This document shows, in pieces, positions 1-9,820 of a stretch of DNA of 64,000 nt; the stretch's first letter is position 1; every line of letters starts with the position of its first letter. The translations under genes and the position numbers were made by a program. The notes beneath the pieces were generated by a model. The model did no database searches. It was not told where the DNA came from and was given only the letters and a program-made list of their open reading frames with translations. The DNA is from an uncultured Desulfarculus sp. (GTDB taxonomy: Bacteria; Desulfobacterota; Desulfarculia; Desulfarculales; Desulfarculaceae): positions 896,001 through 960,000 of the forward strand of contig CAXXUK010000002.1 of assembly GCA_963665125.2 (NCBI GenBank), in the 5' to 3' direction.

Positions 1-2
1 GG

Positions 3-242
3 CCAAACTTCGAACGTCTAAAGGCTATTATCAAAGCTCACGGCGTGGAACAATGGACCGAGGGCAAGGCGGACGAGCCTTCCGTCGACTCGCTTGTATA
101 TCTGTGTAAATTTGCGTTTTTCACCGCGATTTTGACCAAGGGACAGATTGGTGAAATCCTAAAGACCGATCGACCCGAATTGAGAAAGCTGGTCAAATCC
201 TGGTACGACTCCCACAGGGAAAGAGGCTGCGGCACCTGTTAG
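3..242 (+). CDS. 3' part of a small hypothetical protein (5' end outside window)
   Basis: Frame is open from position 3 (PNFERLKAIIKAHGVEQW...) to TAG at 240-242; ends in CGTC; convergent with and overlapping the next gene. Confidence 0.55.
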   Translation, partial: PNFERLKAIIKAHGVEQWTEGKADEPSVDSLVYLCKFAFFTAILTKGQIGEILKTDRPELRKLVKSWYDSHRERGCGTC

Positions 243-946
243 CCTCCGATGTCTTCCAGTGCTTTGGCCAGCCGAAGGGCCGACTGCGGTATTTCGGTGA
301 TCTGTCCTTTCAGCACTTGGTGCATGGTTGTTTCCCGGCCGTAATAGTAGTTGGTGGCGTCGGCATCGTAGCCCAGTACGTCGCTTTGCAGTGAAACGCC
401 GGCAAACAGGCCCTGGGAACGGGAATAAGAATATATGTCGGCATACAGGTTCATGGCCGCCAGGCTGGCTTCGGTCTGACGGCCCACCGGACCGGCCGCC
501 GCCGAGGCGTCCACCCCGATACGCAGATTGTTGTTTAAAAATGCGTCGAGGCCGGTCTGGCTCACCACCACCATCATTACATCAGACGACTGCACGCCGG
601 CCTGAAGGCCGATGTTGGCACCGCCCATGTTGAAAAACACCGGCGGGCTCCATTTGCCGTCCGCCAGGCGCACGCACAAGACGCCCATGCCCATTTTGCC
701 GCCGAAAATGAACCCGGCCTTTATGGAACCGGGGAACAGGGCCACGGCCTTGGCCCGGCCGATGAGATAGCGGGCCGTACCGGCGTCGGGGGCCTTGGCC
801 ATTTGCCCGAGGGTCCATTCGGCCCGGCGGACCAAAAGATCCGCGTCGTTGCTGTCGGAAACCAGTGTCGGAGTGGCACAGCCGGAGAGCACCGCCAAAG
901 TGGCAAGGGCCGCGAGCAAGACCGTCTTCGTTGAGAACCGCTTCAC
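239..946 (-). CDS. Lipid-binding SYLF (Ysc84-like) domain lipoprotein
   Basis: Lipobox LSGC; KAGFIFGG, WSPP, GLQAG, AAAGPVGR, YSYSRSQGLFAGVSL motifs. Confidence 0.85.
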   Translation of the reverse strand: MKRFSTKTVLLAALATLAVLSGCATPTLVSDSNDADLLVRRAEWTLGQMAKAPDAGTARYLIGRAKAVALFPGSIKAGFIFGGKMGMGVLCVRLADGKWSPPVFFNMGGANIGLQAGVQSSDVMMVVVSQTGLDAFLNNNLRIGVDASAAAGPVGRQTEASLAAMNLYADIYSYSRSQGLFAGVSLQSDVLGYDADATNYYYGRETTMHQVLKGQITEIPQSALRLAKALEDIGG

Positions 947-1001
947 TTTTTTCTCCTTGGCGCTTCGCCGGGCAAAGGTCTATTGGGCCTTGCGGGTGAG
1001 C

Positions 1002-1802
1002 TTATTTTTCGGGAACGCCACCGCCATTGGTCAGGCGCATGATTTCCGTTCTGGTCTGGGCCACCTGTTCGGGCATGCCCAGGGTGTCGAACAGCTTGGC
1101 GGCTTCTTCAAGGGCTCCCACGGCGATATGGGGCCTGCCGAGCTGTTCCTCCAGGGTGCCCACGCCCACATAAGCCAAGACCATGCGTTGGGGGTCGTTG
1201 AGTTTTTGAGCCAAGGCACCGTAGCGGCGGTAGTTGACCAGTGCCTCCTCCAGGCGCCCCAGACCGCGCAGCACCGGGGCCAGATATTGCAGTAGCAGCA
1301 GCACCGTGACGTCGTCGCCAGCCTGGTCCGCCCTGGCGATCATGCTCGAGAGCAATTCCGCCGACTCCTGGCCTCGCCCGGCCTCGTGCAGCATCCGGGC
1401 CTTCATTTCCCGGGCGTCAAAGATTATATCTTCCGAGCTTTGCTCTTCGAACACCGCCAGGGCCTCGTTGATTTTTTCCAGGGCGGCGTCCAGTTGGCCC
1501 CGCTGTTCGGCTATAAGGGCCTGGTTCTTGGCCACGTGGGCCCGTCCGATGTCGTTCTCCAGCTTGCCGCACAGATAGTGGGCCTCGTCCAGGGCCTCGT
1601 CGGCCTTGTCCAGCTTGCCGCGCTGCAAATAGCCCACGCCGATTTTGAACTGGGCGTTGGCCACACCCTCGTCCGAGTCCGCGTGGCGCATTTCCTCCAG
1701 TTCATCCAGGGCATCTTTTAGATTGACGCTCAAGGGGCTTTCTCCCGTTACTGCTAAATTAAACGACGTCCACCAGGGCCTTTCTGTTGCGGGGGCCGTC
1801 AA
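1002..1802 (-). CDS. Tetratricopeptide-repeat protein
   Basis: Repeated helical units with G-x(3)-EA and A-L spacing. Confidence 0.7.
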   Translation of the reverse strand: MTAPATERPWWTSFNLAVTGESPLSVNLKDALDELEEMRHADSDEGVANAQFKIGVGYLQRGKLDKADEALDEAHYLCGKLENDIGRAHVAKNQALIAEQRGQLDAALEKINEALAVFEEQSSEDIIFDAREMKARMLHEAGRGQESAELLSSMIARADQAGDDVTVLLLLQYLAPVLRGLGRLEEALVNYRRYGALAQKLNDPQRMVLAYVGVGTLEEQLGRPHIAVGALEEAAKLFDTLGMPEQVAQTRTEIMRLTNGGGVPEK

Positions 1803-2154
1803 ATTCCATGAAAAACACGCCCTGCCAGGTGCCCAGATCCAGCCTGCCGCCGCTGACGGGCAGGCGGGCCGATGAGCCCACCAGCACGCTTTTGAGGTGG
1901 GCCGCGCTGTTGCCCTCGGCGTGGCGGTAGCCGTCCCGCCAGGGAATCAGTTTGTCCAGGGTGTTCAAAACGTCGTGCATCACGTCTGGGTCGGCCGCTT
2001 CGTTGACCAGCACACCGGCCGTGGTATGAGGCACATATACCGTACACCAACCCTCTTGCACACCGCTTTGGCCCACAAAGGCTTGAACCTGGGCGGTGAT
2101 GTCCACGGCCTGGGCGTGGGCCGTGGTGCCTATCTTGATCGTGGTCCGCGGCAT
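1759..2154 (-). CDS. yjbQ: YjbQ/UPF0047 family (secondary thiamine-phosphate synthase)
   Basis: PHTTAG, NEAADPDV, HAEGNSAAHLKS, LGTWQGVFFMEFDGPR motifs. Confidence 0.9.
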   Translation of the reverse strand: MPRTTIKIGTTAHAQAVDITAQVQAFVGQSGVQEGWCTVYVPHTTAGVLVNEAADPDVMHDVLNTLDKLIPWRDGYRHAEGNSAAHLKSVLVGSSARLPVSGGRLDLGTWQGVFFMEFDGPRNRKALVDVV

Positions 2155-3638
2155 TACGGCTTTTCTTTTTCCGCGCCCGGCGGCGGGGTGTAGGTCACGG
2201 TGATTTCTCCCTGCTTCAGCTTTTCCTCGAGGTCGGACTTGGTTCTTTCTTCTTCGCCCAGTTCCTCAAATGGAATTGGCTCTTTGGGCTTGAAACGGAA
2301 GCTGATCGTGCCGGGATTGAGGCCGAAATGGGCCAGTTCCAACATCAGCTTGCGCTCAACCGGGTCTTCGATGGCAACCTTGCCGGCCATGGTCAGGGCC
2401 ATAAGTTGGGCATTGATGGCCAGTACGCTGGTGCCGCTGCTTTTGGCATAATAGCGTTTGAGGCTGTTTACCAGTGAATTGTCCGTATAGGTTAGCTCAA
2501 AGCCCGAAAGAAGGGCTTTGCCGAAAAATTCTTCGTCGTCGCTGTCGTTGAATATCGTTTCATAGTCCACTTTGTTCCAGACCATGGCCAGGGAGATTTT
2601 ACCCACGCCGTCGGCCCAGAATGACAAATCTTTTAGGCTCAGTATGTTGTCGCCGAGACCCAGCGCCGCGTTGATCGAAAAGTTGTAAACCAGCGTTTGG
2701 CCGTATCCCAGATCGGAAAGGAATTGCTCGTAGGCCTTGGTCTCTTCGGAATCCTGCAACTTGATGTCAACCCCGCCGCAAGTCAACTGATAGCGGACCG
2801 TTTCGTCTTTGTAGGTTGCCGAAAGCACCGTTTTGGCCACCTCCACGTAATCCAATCCCTTGTTGCCAGGCGTTTCGACATGCATCTGTTCGATGGTAAC
2901 GTCGTCGATCTGGCTCTCACTGAGCAGCAGTTTAATGTTTTTCAAGTCCTTGAAGCTTGAATCAAAGCCGCCCAAAGGTTGGTGCAGGTTTTTAAAACTG
3001 GTCCTGGCAATTGTCGCCACCGTGGCGCGTCCTCGGCGCTCTTGGTGTATTGCGATGTCGCCCATGGACGCCTGCTCAACGATAAGGTATTTCGCCTGGC
3101 TCAGCCGGCAGGGGCCTGAAGAGCCGGTCTTGGTCTCCAGGGTCCCGTAATCCAGTTTCCGGTAAAGGTTGTTGTAGGTGACGCTCTGGGCCAACACGTC
3201 CGGGAATGGGTCGTTGTCCTCCAGGCGCAGGTCGCCGACCCGCAGTTCATCGGCCCTCATGGTGGTCATGCCGTCGCCGTCCATGGCCTTAACCCCGTAA
3301 AGGGCCAGGTCCATCCTTATGATGGCGCTGAAATCTCCGTGCATTTCCACGGCGGTGAGTACGGCCTTGGCGGCGGTGATTCGTTGCACCTGGACCCCGT
3401 CGCAGACCAGCACCGGATTTTCGATGGTCACCGAATCCATGCCCGCCGAGACCTTGCCCATCTCCAGCCGGGCATCGCGGCCAAACAGGGAGCCGAACCG
3501 CTCCATGGTCTGCCTGGCCGCCGTGGGTCCCTGCTGCTCGATGAACGTGGCGATCTTGTATTGCTCGTACCATTGTAGGCCAAAGACAAAGCCCACCGCG
3601 ATGACAGCCGCCGCCAGGACCAGGATGATTTTTTTCAT
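2154..3638 (-). CDS. Hypothetical membrane-anchored/exported protein
   Basis: Long ORF; ATG 3638 gives MKKIILVLAAAVIAVGFVFG (TM anchor); its stop overlaps the yjbQ start. Confidence 0.65.
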   Translation of the reverse strand: MKKIILVLAAAVIAVGFVFGLQWYEQYKIATFIEQQGPTAARQTMERFGSLFGRDARLEMGKVSAGMDSVTIENPVLVCDGVQVQRITAAKAVLTAVEMHGDFSAIIRMDLALYGVKAMDGDGMTTMRADELRVGDLRLEDNDPFPDVLAQSVTYNNLYRKLDYGTLETKTGSSGPCRLSQAKYLIVEQASMGDIAIHQERRGRATVATIARTSFKNLHQPLGGFDSSFKDLKNIKLLLSESQIDDVTIEQMHVETPGNKGLDYVEVAKTVLSATYKDETVRYQLTCGGVDIKLQDSEETKAYEQFLSDLGYGQTLVYNFSINAALGLGDNILSLKDLSFWADGVGKISLAMVWNKVDYETIFNDSDDEEFFGKALLSGFELTYTDNSLVNSLKRYYAKSSGTSVLAINAQLMALTMAGKVAIEDPVERKLMLELAHFGLNPGTISFRFKPKEPIPFEELGEEERTKSDLEEKLKQGEITVTYTPPPGAEKEKP

Positions 3639-3801
3639 GACAACCCCCGCAAATAAATCCTGATGCATATAAAGTGATTCATTTTATCAGGGCTTTTAAA
3701 GGGTGCAGAGGAAAATCGCCTGCCGCGCTTGACAGGGGCCCGTCCGATGGGCAGACTTTTCGGAACCGCAAGTAAACCATATCCGTCGGGATGGAGATAT
3801 C

Positions 3802-4464
3802 ATGGAACTAGCCCCGGGCCTGCATGCCTTTCCCTGGACCCAGCCTCAGCTCAACAACTGCAACGCCTATTTCATCAATGCGACCCCGCCCACGCTCATT
3901 GATCCGGGCCACGCCCAGTTGTTCGGCCACGTGGGCACGGGCATGGCCCAGGACGGGCTCAAGGAAAAGCCCGGCCTGGTCATCGTCACCCATTGCCACC
4001 CCGACCACATCGAGGCGGCCTTGGCCCTGCAAAAGCAGGGCGTGAAGCTGGCCATGCATCCGGCGGAAGACGAATATCTGAAGACCGAGGGACGCCGCAT
4101 GGCTGCGGCCATGGGCATGAACATGCCCGAAGTGGTTCCCGATGTGTTTTTAAGCGAGGGCGAACTCAAGCTGGGTGACGAGACGCTGGAGGTCTATCAC
4201 ACGCCGGGCCATTCGCCGGGCCATATCTGCCTCTACTGGCCCAAGTACAAGGCCCTGATCGCCGGAGACCTGATCTTCGCCCAGGGCGTGGGCCGGGTGG
4301 ACTTCCCCGGCGGCGACGGGGCCGCCCTCAAAGATTCGATCATGCGCATGGCCGGGCTGGACCTGGAGTGGGTGCTCAGCGGCCATGGCCCCATCATCAA
4401 GGGCGCCGAGAACATCAAACGCAACTTCGATTTTATCAAGCAGGCCTATTTCGGCATGCTCTGA
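3802..4464 (+). CDS. MBL-fold metallo-hydrolase (glyoxalase II-like)
   Basis: THCHPDH, HTPGHSPGH, AGD, GHG motifs; GGAG RBS. Confidence 0.9.
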   Translation: MELAPGLHAFPWTQPQLNNCNAYFINATPPTLIDPGHAQLFGHVGTGMAQDGLKEKPGLVIVTHCHPDHIEAALALQKQGVKLAMHPAEDEYLKTEGRRMAAAMGMNMPEVVPDVFLSEGELKLGDETLEVYHTPGHSPGHICLYWPKYKALIAGDLIFAQGVGRVDFPGGDGAALKDSIMRMAGLDLEWVLSGHGPIIKGAENIKRNFDFIKQAYFGML

Positions 4465-4482
4465 TCCGTATCGCCAAAACCG

Positions 4483-4524
4483 AAAACCCCGCCCGAGGCA
4501 CTGCCCTGGGCGGGGTTTTGTTTT
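4483..4524. terminator. Bidirectional intrinsic terminator
   Basis: AAAACCCCGCCC...GGGCGGGGTTTT hairpin between convergent genes. Confidence 0.8.
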
Positions 4525-4534
4525 CGGAGCTTGA

Positions 4535-5128
4535 CTAGGGCCGCCACTGCTCAATGACGGCGGGCGGGTTCTCTTGAATCCACTGGCGGAACTGTTTGGC
4601 ATTGGTAACGCCGCCTTGCAGCACGGCCTTGTATACGTCGACGCCCCTAGGCTTTTGCTCTCCGGCAAAGGACTTTTTTATCTCCAGAATTTTCAGGCGG
4701 GTTTCGTCGGTCAGCCGCTCCTGCATGGCCTTGGCCAGGCCATCGGCCAGTCCGGCGTCTGGGTGGTCATGGGCTACCAGCCAGTTGTCGATGTCCCAGA
4801 CCGTGCCCGTTTCATCGGTGTAGTCGATGCGCCAATACAGGCCCTGGTCGGCGGTGCCCATGGCGTTGAGATAGACGATCTGGTTTACGCCGGGCACCTG
4901 GGCCAAGTCTGAAATTACCCCGAAACCCCGGTCGATGTCCGGCGCGTCGCAGTAAATCTCCAGGTCGATATTGGGCGAGCAAAGCAGGCCGAAGCGAACC
5001 GAGCCCACTAGGAGCGGTTCGCCGATTGCCGACCAGCGTTTGAACAGGCCGAGTTTGTCCAATATTGCCTTGGCCCTCCGTTGCAGTTCGTCGGTTTGGG
5101 CCAAAAGCGGATGTTGGTTGGCATTCAT
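4535..5128 (-). CDS. Hypothetical protein, possible Pol-beta nucleotidyltransferase fold
   Basis: hGS-x9-NID motif plus downstream WDID; start taken at ATG 5128. Confidence 0.55.
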   Translation of the reverse strand: MNANQHPLLAQTDELQRRAKAILDKLGLFKRWSAIGEPLLVGSVRFGLLCSPNIDLEIYCDAPDIDRGFGVISDLAQVPGVNQIVYLNAMGTADQGLYWRIDYTDETGTVWDIDNWLVAHDHPDAGLADGLAKAMQERLTDETRLKILEIKKSFAGEQKPRGVDVYKAVLQGGVTNAKQFRQWIQENPPAVIEQWRP

Positions 5129-5210
5129 GACGCGATATCCTTGTGCGAGGCTAATAAAAAGACAAACGAGCACACCCTGGGGCATGCTCGTTGATTGTGT
5201 TCGATTAGGC

Positions 5211-5738
5211 TTATTTCAGGGTGTCGAACAGGGCCTCGGCAGCCTCTTGCATCCGGCCCATATGGCCGGACAAGGCCTGCCTCATGCGGGCCTGGAGCTC
5301 AGGGTTGGCGATGGGGTTGGGGCTGACGGCCGAGCCGGAAATGCCCATGGCGGCAAGATCCTGGCTCATCTCTCCGGCCAGCTTGGTATAGAGTTCGCCT
5401 GCCGCTTCAAAGCGTCCCCTTGCCGCCTCCACCAGGGCCTCGACTTTGCCCGCTGACAAGGGCAGGGCCTCCAGGCCGTCCAGGGTGCGGTCGTCACCGG
5501 ACATAAGGGCCTCAAGGAGAAGCTCCACCGCCGCCTTCAGGGCGTAAGAGCGCTGATTTTCCGGCCTGGCCTGGATCAGCTCGGCCATGGCTGCGGCATC
5601 GACATCATCGTCCAACAGACGCCTGGCTGCCGCCTTGCCGTGCTTTTCGCCTTCATCCTTGGCTTCGTCCGAGGCCCGGCCTTCCAGGGCCGCGGCCCGC
5701 TCCATGGCTATTTCGATACTGGATTTGATCTCGGCCAT
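5211..5738 (-). CDS. Conserved hypothetical protein (DUF6657-like)
   Basis: N-terminus MAEIKSSIEIAMERA after GGGAG RBS; the longer ORF-track start overlaps the upstream gene and terminator. Confidence 0.65.
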   Translation of the reverse strand: MAEIKSSIEIAMERAAALEGRASDEAKDEGEKHGKAAARRLLDDDVDAAAMAELIQARPENQRSYALKAAVELLLEALMSGDDRTLDGLEALPLSAGKVEALVEAARGRFEAAGELYTKLAGEMSQDLAAMGISGSAVSPNPIANPELQARMRQALSGHMGRMQEAAEALFDTLK

Positions 5739-5805
5739 TGGCTGTCTCCCCTTTGGTGGGGTTGAGTATATTGGATAAGCGCGGCCTTGCAAAGGCATAT
5801 GCATG

Positions 5806-5840
5806 AAAAAGCCCGCGCCGTCATCAAGAGCGGCGCGGGC
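5806..5840 (-). terminator. Intrinsic terminator of the Fe-S/CCG gene
   Basis: GCCCGCGCCG...CGGCGCGGGC followed by T5 on the minus strand. Confidence 0.8.
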
Positions 5841-5865
5841 GATGAGTCGAATGCCGACTGGAGGC

Positions 5866-7182
5866 CTATTCGGGCGGCTCCCATTCTTCTTCAAGCTCGA
5901 TGCCAAGCTCTTCCCACTGGGCAGCGCCTTCCTCCTCTGCCTTAGCGATCTCTTCCTCGCTCCAGGGCTCAATGATAATGGCCTCGGAGAGAAGCTCCCA
6001 CAGATAGAAGGTCTCGATATCCAGGTCGAATTCCTTGGTCAGGCCCTTCATGATCTGGTCGCGGCAGTTGTGGCAGGGCGCGATGCAGATTTCCGCGCCG
6101 GTGGCCGCGATCTGCTCGGCCTTTTTGCGCCCGTAGTACAGGCGTTCGTCGCTGTAGGGCATGGCCCAGGCGCCGCCGCCCGCGCCGCAGCAGAAGTTGT
6201 TCTCGGCGGTGGGGTAGGTGTCAACCCAGGTGTCGCAGATCTGGTCCACGATCCAACGAATCTCCTCGTAATAGCCCTTGCCGAAGGTCTTTTCCGACTT
6301 GCGGCCGTAGTTGCAGGGATCGTGAACCGTGGCCAGCTTGCCCGCGAACTTGCTGCGGTCGATCTTGACCCGGCCTTCCTTGATGTATTCCATCATCAAT
6401 TCGAAGACGTTCATAACCTTGAATTCTTCGAATGCCTCGGGGAACCACTTTGTGAAACTAAGCCTAGTTCCAAAATATGCGTGGCCTCACTCGGGTAGGA
6501 GCAGGACTTCCGCCTTTACCTTGCGTGCGTTTTCCAAAACGCGGCGGGCCTGCTCTTTCATGGACTCGTCATCGCCGCCGAAAAGGCCCCAAGTGACGCC
6601 TTCCCAGTTCTCGCTGCTGACGGTCCAGTTTTCCTTGGCGGCGTAGTATATTTTCCACCAGAACTTCATGTCGTCGGGCTCGCCGAAGGGCTCTTTGGAG
6701 TTGATGGTGGTGATTACCCTGGCGCCGACCTTGTCCACCGGGGTGTAGAATCCAGGACAGCACTCGTCCTGCATTTCCTTGCTCAGATCGGCCAGAAGGA
6801 ACAGGAAGTCGTCTTTGGGGATGCCCAGGTTGTTGCCGCGGTCCATGGACATCATGGTGCCCTTGTGGATCGGGCCGGGCACCAGGTCCCGGGGGCGAAG
6901 GCTGCGGGCCTTGCGCAACATGGCGAGGATTTCAACACCCATGGGGCAGGCGCGCTCGCAGCGGCCGCAAAGGGTGCAGATCCAGGGGAAACGGCTGTTG
7001 ATCAGCTCGTCGTCAAGCCCAAGGGCCGCCATGCGCACGGCCTTGCGGGGGTCCATGCCGTCGACGCCCGTAACCGGACAGCCGCCTGCACAGGTGCCGC
7101 AAGTCAGGCACACATCCGCCCATTTGGGGTCAACGGCGAGCTTGCTCTCGTGCTTTCCCAGCTTAATAGGCTCTTGGCTCAT
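5866..7182 (-). CDS. HdrD/GlpC-like (Fe-S)-binding CCG-domain oxidoreductase, selenoprotein (438 aa, Sec232)
   Basis: ORFs 6487..7254 and 5866..6414 are one frame joined through TGA 6489-6487 (LPE-U-GHAYFG, equivalent to ECGH); two CxxCxxCxxxCP ferredoxin motifs; HDPC, CCG and CHNC motifs. Confidence 0.85.
6454..6471 (-). promoter_or_regulatory. Candidate bacterial SECIS hairpin
   Basis: GGAACTA-GGCT-TAGTTTC at +16..+33 after the TGA; locally AT-richer codons. Confidence 0.55.
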
Positions 7183-7532
7183 TATCATCTCCCGTAGTCT
7201 CGTTCCGCCCGCGGGGCGGTATTTGCTGAGATGGACTAAGTCTTTAGGCAGCATCCGTAGCGAAAAACCCCTACTAAATGCAACTATTTTGATAGGTTTA
7301 ATTAGCTAAAGATATCTCATACCAAATTGCCATGCAATCGAAAAGCTTCACGCAATCTATGGTTTATGATCGAAAATAACGATATGTTGTATTGGGTTTA
7401 ACGGGGGAATGGATTTGCGCCCTGCGGGAGTGGAGCGTTGGTAAATTCATGTTGCTGATAAAGGAGTTAACAATGCACAGGAAATGCGTTAATGTGATCA
7501 GATCAGAATGTTGTTTTTTCAGGAGGTTGATG

Positions 7533-7862
7533 ATGTCGACGATGCTACAAAAAAAGCTCCTCATCTCAATGGTGCTGGCGGTTGCGGTCGGTGTTGCCGG
7601 CGTGCTTTTCATGGCCGCGCCCGCCAAGGCCGACAATTTCTATAACGTTCTTTACAATACGTACTGCAGTAAGATGGGCAACTATTACGAAAAATGCGGA
7701 TGCAAGTACTACCTGCAGGGCCGGATTCAATATGGCCATAGCCGGAATGACGCCGCCAGTCAGTGCTATACCAAAGGTTGCGATAAATTGTTACCCGATC
7801 CGCAGCAGAATAGTACTTGCAAGGCCTCTTGCGACAAGATGAAAGAGTTGGATGCCCGTTGA
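7533..7862 (+). CDS. Small secreted Cys-rich protein
   Basis: AGGAGG at 7521-7526; signal peptide ending APAKA; 7 Cys in mature part. Confidence 0.75.
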   Translation: MSTMLQKKLLISMVLAVAVGVAGVLFMAAPAKADNFYNVLYNTYCSKMGNYYEKCGCKYYLQGRIQYGHSRNDAASQCYTKGCDKLLPDPQQNSTCKASCDKMKELDAR

Positions 7863-7872
7863 TTCGGGACGC

Positions 7873-7902
7873 AAAAAAGGGGAAGCCCGCAGGCCTCCCC
7901 TT
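7873..7902. terminator. Intrinsic terminator of the flx operon (probably bidirectional)
   Basis: AAGGGGAGGCC-TGC-GGGCTTCCCCTTTTTT on the minus strand. Confidence 0.8.
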
Positions 7903-7925
7903 GTTGATCTCTGGCGGCTGGCCTA

Positions 7926-8765
7926 TTAATACTCAGGCGGCAGCTTGTCCAGTTCCTTCTTGGTGAAGACCGGTCCGTCCTTGCAGACGTAGTAGGGGCC
8001 CACGTTGCAGCGGCCGCAGATGCCGATGCCGCACTTCATGCGGTTTTCCAGGCTCATCACGATCTGATCGGGCTGCCAGCCCAGCTTGTCAAAGACAGGC
8101 TGGGTGAACTTGATCATGATCGGCGGGCCGCATATCAGGGCCACCGAGTTCTCGGCCGGCGGGGCCACCTCGCCGGTAACCGTGGGCACGAAGCCCACCA
8201 GGCAGTCCCAGCCCTCGCACTCGCGGTCGATGGTCACATGGATGTCGCAGTCTTCCCGGGCCATCCAGGTGCGCCATTCGTTCTCGTACAAGAGCATGCC
8301 CGGCGTGCGCGCGCCGTAGATGAAGGTGATCTTGCCGTAGCGGTCCCGGTTGTCCGGGTGCAAGAGCCAGTTCATGGTCGAGCGCAGGGTCGTGACGGCG
8401 AAACCGCCGGCCACGATGACCACGTTCTTGCCTTCCATTTCCTTGAGCGGATAGCTGTTGCCCAAGGGGCCCCGGATGCCCATGATGTCGCCGGGCTTCA
8501 TGTTGTGCAGCCGGGAGCTGACGTTACCGACCTTGTTGACCGTAAACAAAAGGTCCTTGCCCTCGGTGGGGCTGGAGGCGATACCGATGGGGATCTCGCC
8601 GTAGCCGGGGATCGAAAGCTCGCCGAACTGGCCCGGAATGTATTTGAAAGCGTCCGCGTCTTCCTCGTTCAAAAACTCGAACCAGAAGGAACGCAGCTGC
8701 TTGTCCTCGGTCTCGACGATCACGTCCTTGATGCGGACCGGGTAAGGGACGTAGGTGTTTCTCAT
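7926..8765 (-). CDS. flxA: FlxA-like FAD/NAD(P)-binding oxidoreductase with 2Fe-2S cluster
   Basis: PGQF, RGPLGN, CGPPIM, MKCGIGICGRC, VCKDGPVF; last gene of the hdrA-flx operon. Confidence 0.85.
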   Translation of the reverse strand: MRNTYVPYPVRIKDVIVETEDKQLRSFWFEFLNEEDADAFKYIPGQFGELSIPGYGEIPIGIASSPTEGKDLLFTVNKVGNVSSRLHNMKPGDIMGIRGPLGNSYPLKEMEGKNVVIVAGGFAVTTLRSTMNWLLHPDNRDRYGKITFIYGARTPGMLLYENEWRTWMAREDCDIHVTIDRECEGWDCLVGFVPTVTGEVAPPAENSVALICGPPIMIKFTQPVFDKLGWQPDQIVMSLENRMKCGIGICGRCNVGPYYVCKDGPVFTKKELDKLPPEY

Positions 8766-8780
8766 GACTTATCCCTCCCC

Positions 8781-9809
8781 TTAAGAGTTCATCTGGTCGA
8801 CGACCTGGCGCACGTCGATGTTCACGGGACACATCTGGATGCAGCGGCCGCAGCCAACACAACCGATCTCGCCGTCACGCTTGACCGGAATGTACTTGAA
8901 TTTATGCATGAAACGCTGACGCACCCGGCTCTTCTTGGTGCCACGGGGGTTGTGGCCCGTGCCGTGCATGGTGAACAACCAGCTCATGCAGTAGTCCCAG
9001 TTGCGCACCCGGCGGCCGTAGTCGCCCTGGACCTCGTCCTGGATGTCGAAGCAGTGGCAGGTGGGGCAGACGAACGTGCAGGTGCCGCAGTTGAGGCAGC
9101 CCTCGTACACCCGGTCCCACATGGCGTCTTCATACAGCTCCAGGATCTCCTTTTCGGCGATCTTGTCCGTGGAGACCTTGGAGACCATGGCCGCCTCGGC
9201 GGAGGCCTTCAGTTCGGCCGCCTTGGCCTCGTCGGCGTCCGCGGCGTCAGGCAGGTCGTCGACCTTGGCCTCGCCCTTTTCGCTGAGCACCTTGACCAGG
9301 AACTTGTCGCCCAGGTCCACCAACTGCAGGTCCTGGCCCACCTCATGGTGCGGACCGCAGTTGACGCTACTGCAGAAGCAGGTGGGGCAGGGCTCGTTGC
9401 AGGCCAGGCCGCAGATCAGGCTCTGCTCGCGCTTGAGCCGCCAGTACAGGTCGTCGGTCATCTCGTCCTGGACAAAGATCATGTCCAGAATCTGGAACGC
9501 CTTGGCGTCGCAGGGGCGCATGTTCAAGATCGACTTGGGGGTGGCTATCACCTCCTCGGCCTGGAAGATCATGCCGTCTTCGGCGCCGGGGTCGTTCTTG
9601 AAGTGCATCATGCACTCGGTCTGGGGAAAGAAAAAGTCCTTGGGCGACATGTCGGTGTTGACGAAGTCAAAGTCCACGTCGTCGGCCGACGATACCGCCT
9701 GCCACGTCGTCTTGGCCCCGTCCTGCTTGGGAGCGAACACCTCGGCGCCCTGGCCCAGCTTGGCGATAAAATCGTCCAGCTTGTCTTTTGCTAATATCTT
9801 GTTTGCCAT
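8781..9809 (-). CDS. flxB: FlxB-like 4Fe-4S dicluster protein
   Basis: SPKDFFFPQ, RPCD, CLNCGTCTFVCPTCHCF, RQRFMHKF, CVGCGRCIQMCP. Confidence 0.85.
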   Translation of the reverse strand: MANKILAKDKLDDFIAKLGQGAEVFAPKQDGAKTTWQAVSSADDVDFDFVNTDMSPKDFFFPQTECMMHFKNDPGAEDGMIFQAEEVIATPKSILNMRPCDAKAFQILDMIFVQDEMTDDLYWRLKREQSLICGLACNEPCPTCFCSSVNCGPHHEVGQDLQLVDLGDKFLVKVLSEKGEAKVDDLPDAADADEAKAAELKASAEAAMVSKVSTDKIAEKEILELYEDAMWDRVYEGCLNCGTCTFVCPTCHCFDIQDEVQGDYGRRVRNWDYCMSWLFTMHGTGHNPRGTKKSRVRQRFMHKFKYIPVKRDGEIGCVGCGRCIQMCPVNIDVRQVVDQMNS

Positions 9810-9820
9810 CACGCCCACCC

